A stretch of 64,000 nt of DNA, from positions 3,913,726 through 3,977,725 of the forward strand of contig NC_090211.1 in assembly GCF_033026475.1 (NCBI RefSeq). Reading direction: 5' to 3'. A model generated the notes under the pieces. It searched no databases. It worked only from the letters and a program-made list of their open reading frames with translations, and was not told the origin of the DNA. A program made the position numbers and the translations under genes. Source of the stretch: Channa argus (lineage: Eukaryota). Positions 51,040 to 61,224 of this stretch are shown one piece after another. The first letter of the stretch is position 1, and the number at the start of each line of letters is the position of its first letter.

Positions 51040-51657
51040 CTGGTTCTTTGTATGAATGGATTCATAACTTTAGTTGTTTTGCTGATCAGTTTTTCAGTTT
51101 TACTTTCTCTTCTTACACCTTTTTCCTCATGTCTGCTTCTTTTTTCTCTTCTCCCCCATCCTCATATTCCTTCTTCTGTTCTTAATTTTTTTCTACTTCC
51201 CAGTTTTACTCCTTTTCTTTTCTCTCCTAACAGTTTATAAAGTGCTTGCAATCTTCCTTTCATGTTCTGTCTCCTACTTCTTTTCATTTTCATCGTTTTT
51301 TTCCCTAATCCTCCCCAGCAGATGGCTACTCTTCTTCCTTACTGTCCTTCTCACCCTTTTTTTTCTTGTCCTCTACAGGCTCCTCCTCCTCATCTGGCAG
51401 CTTTCATCCATTTTTTATCCCTGCTTCTCCACTTCTTCCTACACTTTCTCCCCGGACTGATGCTCACCCACAGATTGCTACTCTTCATAACTATTTCCTC
51501 TCTCGTCCACACACAGCTTTATCTCCCCTCTTTCTTCCTTGTTGTGTTGTTGTTGTGGTTATAGCTCAGTCTGTCTCTTCACTGTGTTCTCTCTCACACT
51601 TGATTGATAATAAACTGTAATAGTAACAGAGGGAATTGCCATACTAACACCCCAGCC

Positions 51658-51741
<84 letters not shown>

Positions 51742-52460
51742 CACACATACCAGCAAGGATATCCTCACAGTGAGGTAATTTGAATTGAATCTTGATTCTA
51801 TGCTGTAGTGAGGATTTTGGGCAGATGGACGGTGTATGTGGGACTGAGTCCAAAAACACTACAGTGTATGTACAGTAATCTAGGAGCATGTCGGTGAGAC
51901 GATGGATTTCAATATCTATTATTTCGTTTAAAAAAATTCTGTGTAATGTGAATGTTTGACGGTGCAGAATTGATCTCTTCACTGTTTACTGACTCGTTTA
52001 GCTCCTGTATCTTTTCTTTTATTGTTGTCTTCACGTCCTCCACCTCCCCTGCTGCTCCACCTCCCCACTCTCAGCTGCATTATGACACACCGCCTCCCTC
52101 CTCTCCACCCTCCATCCTTCTTCATCTCTGTTTTTTCTCTATGTGTCTGGTTGCTTTTACACCTTTTTGTTGGTTCAGTTCTTCCTCCTCTGTCTCTTCC
52201 TTCCTGCAGCCTCCCACACCCAGAAACACCCAGAGAAACGTCCATTTATCTGAATTAAATATTGACTACCCAGCCACGATCACACACTTTTTCCTTTTTT
52301 TCGGTTTTCGTTCTGTTACAACTCCCTCATCCGCATCCTTTCTGCAGGCGTCTCCTTCTTTCCTCTGGTTCTCCCCCGCCTTTATTTTCAGACCCCCTCC
52401 CCTGTCTCTTGATTTTTCCTCATGTAGCCTCGGTGGTGGAGTCTCCTAATAATTTATAAG
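51040..52460. repeat. ~1.4-kb strongly strand-asymmetric polypyrimidine (CT-rich) low-complexity tract on the + strand, interrupted by (CA)n
   Basis: Long runs such as ttttcctcatgtctgcttcttttttctcttctcccccatcctcatattccttcttctgttc and cctccacctcccctgctgctccacctccccactc. The + strand here has almost no purine runs. Confidence 0.8.
51663..51746. repeat. (CA)n microsatellite, ~40 units with two interruptions
   Basis: Read directly from the sequence. Confidence 0.95.
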
Positions 52461-52834
52461 AATCTAAAATTCAAATGAAGCGCACACACACACACACACA
52501 CACACACATATTTTATTAACAGAGAGGAAACTGGCCTCTCTCCTCTCTATCCTTGTTTCTCTCTGCCATATCTCTGTATCCCTGGCTTCCTCTCGCTCCT
52601 TTTCCAATGGTTGCTGTGACAATGCACTCTGTCGTCCTAGAAACAGGGTGTAAAAAGTAAAGTCCACTCCCTCGTTATGTCTCTCAAACCATCTTTCTCT
52701 CCTAATTTCTTCATGCCAATTTGAAATCGAGCGGCCCTACAAAATAAAAGCATGTGTGTGGGCATGTGGCATGGGGTTATTTAACATAAAGGCATTCCCT
52801 TCGTTTTGTTTTAGATGTTATCCTTAAAGCAAAG

Positions 52835-53000
52835 TGTGTTTGCATGTTCTCCCTTTGCTTACATGGGTTTCCTACATGTACTCCGGTTTCCTCCCACAAT
52901 CCAAAAATATGCAATTAGGTTTATCAGTGTTTCTAAATTGTTTGTACATGAGAGTTGGAGAATAAATGTTTGTCTGTCACTGAGACAGATTGGTGACCTG
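52835..53000. repeat. Teleost SINE-like repeat fragment
   Basis: tgcatgttctccctttgcttacatgggtttcctacatgtactccggtttcctcccacaatccaaaaatatgc...tgtctgtcactgagacagattggtgacctg. Confidence 0.55.
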
Positions 53001-54045
53001 ATCGGTTGATCACCTGTTTAGTTTACTTTCCTTTATTTTTTTCACACTCTCTTACGTTTGAGACAATTCCTATGCTATGGAACATTTTACTGTTATTCCT
53101 GTGTCCAAGATCAGTCCACGGAAATTATTTAATGATTTTAGACCTGTCACTCTCACTTATTAGTTATGAAACGCTTTAAAAATATAATTGAGACAATTGC
53201 TGAGGACAGAGCTTTTACACTTTAAATATATGGCTGCTAGAGGTATTATTGATTTTCAATCTGCTTTTAATACTATGCAGCCAAATCTCTTAGCAGAAAA
53301 ACTTTTGTCTTTTAATCTTGATTCTTGAATCTTGAATTTTACTGGCTGGATATTGGCCTTTTTTTAACCAGTAGGACACAATATGTGAAAGTTAATGGTA
53401 TTTATTATAATGTAAGGCTCTCTGAAAGGCTGCTCTCCTTTTGAATATCAGAGTATGTACAAAAACCAGCATATCATAAAATTTGCTGTTGATACTGTGA
53501 AGTCTTCTACAGGAACAGGGTCATAGTGCCAGAGGTAATTTTGTATCAAGGTACCTAAAATAATTTCTCCGTCTTAATGTGACTAAAACTAAGAACACAT
53601 TAAGATTGTTGAATTTAGGGAATTTACCACCCTTCTACGGTATATTAACTAGCATACAGGACTCGTAAATTGCCCTATAGGATAGTTGCAAATATCTTGG
53701 GATTGTTATTAATAGTAAACTGAAATTTGAAAAATATGCTGACTTGGTTTACAAGAAATTACAACAAGGCCTGTTATTATCTGTGGATCTATGATAACTT
53801 TGTTTTATCGCAGTGTTATTGAATCTACTTGAACTTTTTGTCAAGTGAAATTGGTTGGTATTACTTCCATCTGGTCATCATTTTATGATGATAAGAAACG
53901 ATTCGATCCTTTTTTGCTTCACTGGCTGCAGGATTGTTGAACTCGTTATAATATTGTTGTGTGTTTTGTGCGATTAATGTTATGTTGTTGTTGTTGTTGT
54001 TCACCTGGATGCAAATCAAATGTCACCTTCCAGGAAACAATGAAG

Positions 54046-54053
54046 ATTGATTA

Positions 54054-54089
<36 letters not shown>
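54046..54089. repeat. (GATT)n microsatellite, ~10 units
   Basis: Read directly from the sequence. Confidence 0.95.
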
Positions 54090-54099
54090 CCAGATAGTA

Positions 54100-54180
54100 C
54101 CCTACCTTTTACCAAATGACAGCTAGAATAGGCTCCAGCCCCCCTGAGACCCCAGGATAAGTGGTTTAGATTACAAATAT
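54100..54180. repeat. Teleost SINE-like repeat fragment (3' part)
   Basis: gctagaataggctccagcccccctgagaccccaggataagtggtttag. Confidence 0.45.
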
Positions 54181-57075
54181 ACCTTCTTAAAATTGTATTT
54201 GTCAGTTGTCAGTTCTCTTGTGAATGTGCAAAGTAAAAACACAATTTGTTCTAACCAAGACATGTCTACAGTATTGAAGTAAATTTAAATTAATACATTT
54301 CATAAAAAGACAGCAAATCATTTACTTTTTGTTTACCAATATTGTTTTGATCAGCAATGGTTAATCATACACTAAGTCTTAAACAGCGGTGACTCTCCTT
54401 CAGCAACTTTCTCATCTACAACTCTATGAGTGATAATATCCAACACAGTATTATCCAGGACCATGATATGTATATAAAGGTTTTCTGTACCATACAGTAT
54501 ATGTACCCTCAGATCAATTCATGAATCTGTACGCTCAGAGGAGGTAGTATTTAACTGGGATTTATTCCCTTCAAACATGATCAAATACTTAACATCAGTA
54601 GTCAAGATCAACAGTGTTTTTGCTAAATGTATTGTGTACACCCATACTCATTCAGTATGCTTCATATAGCAGTCAATTTAAGGCATGCACAGGCACAAAA
54701 AGAGTCCAGTGGCAGGAGTTAGCAATCAATAGTAAGAGAAGGACATAATGAATTCAGCTCACAGTCTACTCATGCATACAGCATCCCCCCACTTTGCCAT
54801 TTAAAAAAATGCAAGCAGGAGGCAGGTTATACTGAGCATTACAAACATTACTGTGTATATACAAAAGAGATGCAGAGAATGAGAATAGACATATTAAAAG
54901 ACACAAAGATAGGTACTCAGGGCTGCAAAGGTGTATCTAAGAAAGTAAATAAACAAAATGGATAAAAAAGAAAATAAGATATAAAAGAAAATGACAAATG
55001 ACACAATCATATGAAACAGAAGATTATTGTTTCCTTCTGTCAGGAGCCACTAAAACTTGAAAAATACCAGTATATAGTACTGCAAGTACAGCTGACTGTT
55101 TGAAATGAGAAGTTCTATTGAAGATTTTCAGTAAGCAAACAGAGCAAAGGTTTTATAAGCTCATATTTTATACAGTATTTACAGCTATATGTGATGCTGG
55201 ACTAATCTTTTATTTGACAGTTGTAAATATGTATATTGCAATAATTGTATCTATGATGATCTTACTTTGAACTTTCACTTCTCATTTTTCCCCATTTTGA
55301 GGGAGTAACACGTGCCTGAAAGAAACTAATATTTTACATCTTTAAGGGATGTCAAACGAAAAGAATTTGGCAAAATCTAAAGAATATCAACATCTCTCTG
55401 TCAAATCAAATAAATTTTAATTTACAGGCAAACATAACAAATCACTAATCTACCTCAATGAACTACTGTCCAAACTCAGGGCAAAACAATTTTATAACCT
55501 TGTAGGTAATTTACAATCTTCATTTTGTAGGCTGCAGAATTAATTTAATGTACTTAGCTCTCTGTCTCTGTCACTGAGTGACGATTTAACATCATTTGTA
55601 AGCAGTTTTTTTTCCACGAGGCCAGTAATTAGCCTTATCCGTATCTCTGGCTTTTCAATTTGCAATGAGAACAACAATAATAATCATTTATACAACATTG
55701 ACATTAGTTTCTATGACTTTTGAATTTAAACAGGTCATTACAGATTTATTGTATTTTCTGATGGTAAATTGATTTTATGAATTTCATTTGGACAGTGTCT
55801 TCTCCCCAATAATAGGGACTTTACAGGAATATTTTAAAATATCATGAGATTTTTGTGCTAATTAAAATAAAATGTTTCCAGTACTTAGAGTTAACCCCTT
55901 TTTTGGGCAGTTTTTTTTAAATATAGATAGACAGATATATACTCTGTAGGAAGTTTTCTATTTACAGAAGTTGTGCCAGTTGGATTAGAGATGAACAACT
56001 GTACCGATTTGAGGAACTGTGTTTACAAAAGAATTAATATCATAATTGCAATGTATGTGGGAGTCTCCAATAGTAACACAATAAACCATAGCACAAAAGG
56101 ATTAACAGTCAGTTCAACTCATGTGAAATGTGAGGCACACTTGACAAAACTCTGTAGGCAACTCTGAGAAGTCGCACAATCAAATTCCATACATTACTGT
56201 GTGAGTACAGTACCTACAGCCAAAATCAGAAAAGCTAGCATTCATACTGAAATCAAGCTGGAACCGTTTTTTTGCATAATGTCAACAGTAAACAGGCATG
56301 CTACATACAGTACAGGAGTGGGTGGAGTGAAGAAGGGAGTGGGATGGAAGTGACCTCATGCAGCGTGAATGTCGTATCACAGTTATTGTAATTGCTTGTT
56401 TCCAGCTCATAAATGGGATTTATGTTAACATCAGAATCATAAATATACTTGACTGGAAGAAAGCCCCGATATGTCTGAGAATTATGTTTTCCTATGTGGA
56501 TCAGTGGATAATCATTGTTTGATCTAACTTAAATTTTAAGGTGTTTCATTGAGGATGTGAACGCTTAGAACTCGATCGGTCCACTATCCTCCTCATATGA
56601 CGTTCACGTTGCATTACAGGACCTATCATTCCTCCTTCACCTCTAAGTCTGACCTCACCTCTTTGCAGAGGCGCCAACTGACTGGTGCAAATGAGTCCCT
56701 GCTTTAAGCCTTACAGCCACATTTTATCTTCACAGCAGTGACATCTTCTACAAAAACCCGTGGTTCATGTACATTTCTAACCCCAGGTTAACTGTGGGTC
56801 ATTACCTCCATGACAATGCAAAGTTTAAAAGGGAATATATTAAATAGGTGGGCAATTTCTCATACTATTTATTTACAAGGTGCTACTCAGTCAGCTCTGT
56901 AAATGAGGCTACAGTCTTATGTAAAAGCATTCTGTAATAAATACTGTAAACATGCACAGGTTATAGGAGATGAAGGGCTGATTGAGTTTCATAATAATAT
57001 ATCAGCCCCTGAAACAAAGTGGACAAAGTGTGTTAGAGTTTACACTTCAATACAGGGATCGGCTAAAACAGAGCA

Positions 57076-57078
<3 letters not shown>

Positions 57079-57120
<42 letters not shown>
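57079..57120. repeat. (CA)n microsatellite, ~21 units
   Basis: Read directly from the sequence. Confidence 0.95.
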
Positions 57121-57125
<5 letters not shown>

Positions 57126-59454
57126 TTTGGCACACTATCATACTGTAGCTCTGTGAAAATGCTGACTAAACTAGGTGGAGGTGAGCTCCAAGACAGTGTA
57201 AAAATCTATCTGTTGCTCGGCCAGTAATCACTATATGCTGCCACATTGTAGCCAGAGATATGTCAAAATTACCTTATTCCAGTTAGATTTCTCTTAAACA
57301 AGTTACAGGTCTGGATTTTTCCTTCAACAGGAACAAAAGTAAAGATTTTAAAGTTTGGTAAATGACCAATGCCATTACGGAGCCTGACAGCAGCACAGCT
57401 CCACTGTGCTTCACACTTTATTTACTGTAGGTTTCATCAGACAAATTTTGCTGCTTCATCACAAACCATTATATATTGTGGGGCAGATTGATAAAGCTGT
57501 GTCCCAACTGCACAGTGCACAGTGATTCTAAGCACATTCTAATTATCAGATAAATAACAGGAATTGCAGAAAAGAGCCGTCTCCTAAAAACTTACTCAGA
57601 AATGAAAAAGTGTTTATTTTAGAGGGATCGAGCAATAATGATAAAGGAGCTGAGGTTTCCAAAACAAATGAAATTCAAATAAAGGCCAGAGCCATTACAC
57701 AAGCATAATAAAGAATTGTTAGTGTATCAAAAATAAATGTGATCCGTCTCGGGTCAGAGCATGTTGTGGGAACCTGAACACTCAGAGCGAAGATCTCTGG
57801 TGTAAATGTAACCTTTATCACCTAAATTAATAGAGGGCTTTGAGATCACAGAGGAAGGAATCAAACTGCCCATCACTTTATGTCCATTAGGGAGAAAAAG
57901 CTGCACCTTCTGTGGTCAGAGAGAATAATTAAATATGTCTGGATCAGTGGGACTCAACTGGAATCGGTTACAAGCACAGAGCTGCACTCAGACGTCGAGA
58001 CGACCACAACTCAGTCCACAACACACATTTTCAACACACATTCTCTGCCTCACACACAGCCTTGTTCTCTCTGGCATATCAGGACTTTATTATTCTTTCA
58101 AGTCTCTGATTGTCTTAGTTTCTAAACTTTACCAAAACACACATTCGATGTCATGAAGTGTTGAACCTACTTTTAGAACATCCATGTTATGTCCCATATG
58201 TTATAAAACCTCAAAATGTGGGATATTACAAAACCCTGACCAATAGTGTATGACATGCAGCATCCCCACAGCACCCAAGCTGGCGATGAGATTGTGTGGT
58301 CATTGCCTTACACTGCTAAGATATATATAAGTTCAGATTTCTGTTGATAGCAGCTTTTAACAAACACCAGTTCTCACAGGTCAAGACTGAGAAGCCAGCT
58401 GAGTTATAGAAAACTGATGTGAAATAAGAACTGCCAGGTTCAGGTTCTGTTCCAGAGGTCAGGAAACTGACAGCCCCACTGACAGTTGTAACAATGCTGA
58501 GGATACTAGAGTTTTATGGAAAAAAAAAATTATATCTTTTGGAGAAGTTTAGCAGCCTTTAAATAATCGTATTTCCAATAAGCCCTGTTTAAATGATGTG
58601 AGCATTACCACCTTTTAGGAGCTTTTTCTTCAAAGTTTTGTAGTTTTTCCAGAAAAACCAATGAAGAAAAAGAAAAACTGAATAAGCAGCCAGTGGAACA
58701 GACTTTGGTCTCTGTTATGTGACCACTGGGGCAGCAGCAGCAGCAGCGTTGGCATATCTACCTCTGTGTTTGTATGCGTGCACAATAAACACAATCACTC
58801 CATTTGTCTTTTACATCTTTGCTTCATGGTGAAACCAGCAGCAGCACCTCCAGTTTTAGTTGAACTAAGTCGAAGAAGTTTTTATATTTTGGCATCAAAA
58901 AAGTGAAAGCCTCATCCCTCAGTTCATTCTGCTGCTGGACCTGGGGCATGAAGATTAATTTAGAGATGAGGTTAATCCCATTTCCATAGAGACAGATGCC
59001 CATTTCCATGACAACAGACACAATGTTCGTCGATGGGAGCAAATGCAGTAAGAGAAAGCAGTCTAAAGAAGAGATAAGCTGCTACTGCAGGATGAAGTGG
59101 ACGTCTGGCGATCCATCCGTTTTCTCCTTCATATCCAGATTGGCCGTCAGAGTCAGGAGCGGATTCATTGGTTGTGTAGGAGGTAGAGTGTCAGGCAAAT
59201 CATGCTTGTCGTCGTGCAGCAAGAAACAACAGCAAAGAACAGAAACTGAATTTTATATTGTTTTCCATTTTGGTGCAAGCGCTTGAGAAAAATAGTGCTT
59301 GTGAACAGGAGTGTGCGGTGTTGAGTAGATTTAGATGTTGTTGTGAAGTCGGTCTTGCCGCTGTATTTATCAGGATTTTAATATCACTGGATGGAGAAAA
59401 AAAAGAAAGAATGAAAGTGTTACAGTGTTTTAGATGGAGAGATACAGACAAAGG

Positions 59455-59595
59455 TTACTTACATCCCCAGTTGAGGGCGATGGCTGCGGTGATGATGGCG
59501 ATGCCTCCCAAGATGGACACGACCGACAGAACCATTGCATTACGACCCAAACGGCGAGCTCCATCAATGTTACCTTGCTGAAAACTGTTGCGGGA
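59455..59595 (-). CDS. prrt2: prrt2-like terminal coding exon: [46 protein letters not shown] (second TM helix of the CD225/dispanin domain)
   Basis: Frame of minus ORF 59455-59649. On the minus strand the acceptor is ttctcttcag, immediately before TCC (AG at 59597-59596). It closely matches the recalled human PRRT2 C-terminus ([44 protein letters not shown]). Confidence 0.8.
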   Translation of the reverse strand, partial: SRNSFQQGNIDGARRLGRNAMVLSVVSILGGIAIITAAIALNWGCK

Positions 59596-60013
59596 CTGAA
59601 GAGAAACAAAGGGTAAAGATGAGGAATCAAAAGTAAAACCATCCTGCACAAATCATCGCTCTAGACACACTTAGTGTTTCCAAATCTGGGCAACAAACTC
59701 TGATGGACTCTTTTTACTCCATCTGCTCAGCAGCAAATTACAGCCCAAAGAGTTATAGACTAGCCAGGACACAAGGGAGCATTTAGGAGCTAAACAGCCA
59801 AGTATTTCCTTCAGAAGGTTGTGGAGAAACATAATGGAATGACAGAGGCCTAAATAGTTTAGGTCTGTCTTTCATTACTGTATGAGGAGCATATAAACCT
59901 GCAGATAGAAAAAAACTTTCCTTTCAGTGGAGACGTTTGAATTATCTTATGCTATAGTTTCTACCTATGTTCTTCTCTTTATTTATATACAAATGTCCGA
60001 ATGAACGTCGTAC

Positions 60014-60303
60014 CATCACAGAGAAGGTGAGGGCTACAATGTTGATGGGCCACAGTGGGCAGAAGCAGGACAGGATGGCCAGGATCAGATAGTCTCTTGG
60101 CTTGGATCCATCCCCAACGGCCTCTGTGATTGCACTGGGCTGGCGTGTGAGCGAGGGCCTGGGTGAGCCCGCCGCCAACGAGCCGGACCGGCTGCCCAAA
60201 CGAGCCCGACCATTGGCGTGGCCGCCTGGCTTAGCGTGCTGTTTGGGCGACACAGAGGGCGCTGTGGGAGTAGAGTCGACCATCACTGGACCGATACCGT
60301 TAC
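60014..60303 (-). CDS. prrt2: prrt2-like middle coding exon: (S)[96 protein letters not shown] (first TM helix)
   Basis: Frame of minus ORF 59942-60346. Minus-strand acceptor tctctttcag (AG at 60305-60304), donor GTACGA (GT at 60013-60012). Matches PRRT2 ([29 protein letters not shown]). Confidence 0.8.
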
Positions 60304-60986
60304 CTGAAAGAGAAGAAGTCCAGACTGAAGGATGCGAAAGTGGCATGTTAAGGAGCTACTGACAGGATGTAGGAAAATGAGAAAGTCTTGAGAGATGAAC
60401 AAATGCACTGTAGCCACCATAATCCCAAAATATAGAATCTCACCTTTAGTATAATGATGTAAATGGTGTGTGTTTAATTGTTATGGGACAACCGAGGTCA
60501 TGGAGCTCAGACATACAAACTAATCCATTATCCACTATGTGTTTTAGAGTAACATATAACTATGGTGTCAACATTTTCATTTGTTTTTTTATTTTATCTC
60601 TTGACATCTAACAGGTGAGGTTTTGAAAAAAGTTGGTGCGCAAAACTGAACGGTCTCATTCTATTATGCTGTTTCAGTGCAAGTACTGATAACTGCTTTG
60701 TTTCAGTTTTCAAAAGGTTCCTGCCTTCATTCGAAAAACTACCTTCGTTGTAAGTTATAGAAAAGAATTGAAGAAATAGGGAATTTTTTTTACATTAAAT
60801 AAAATAAATAATAATAAAAAACACAACAGAATAAAATTGTATGGCTGAAATGGCAAAAAGGTTGGAGCAGATAAAAAGCTTCCCTTTGAAACATTTCTGT
60901 TACTAAAAGAAGATAAGTGGAATGAGTGAGGAATCAAACAATGAACCCTCGTGAACAGGTACAACATGGGTGACTTAAGTATTTAC

Positions 60987-61224
60987 TGGTCTCCATATTT
61001 TCACTGATCACTGTTAGATGGTCCATGGCATTTCCCTCCTCTGTTTGATTGGCCTCAGGAGCATCTGTTGGAGGGAGGGTTTGTTCCTCTGAGCTGGCGG
61101 GTTGAGAAGTTACTGCCGCTTGGTTGACTTCTCCTCCATCCTGCTGGGTGCTGACTGGCTGATCTGGCTGTTGGGACTCCTCCATAGTACTGGATTGCTG
61201 GGCTCCGCTGGGACTGGTGGCCAT
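60987..61224 (-). CDS. prrt2: prrt2-like first coding exon: MATSPSGAQQSSTMEESQQPDQPVSTQQDGGEVNQAAVTSQPASSEEQTLPPTDAPEANQTEEGNAMDHLTVISENMET(S)
   Basis: ATG at 61224-61222 (frame of minus ORF 60934-61224). Donor GTAAAT with GT at 60986-60985, phase 1, matching the next exon. The N-terminus is low-complexity Pro/Gln/Ser-rich, as expected for the proline-rich region of PRRT2. Confidence 0.65.

Noticed and set aside
51052-52459. Cluster of + strand ORFs (62-165 aa) rich in L/F/S/P
   Set aside because: They are translations of the 1.4-kb polypyrimidine tract. There is no codon structure or homology. They overlap each other in all three frames.
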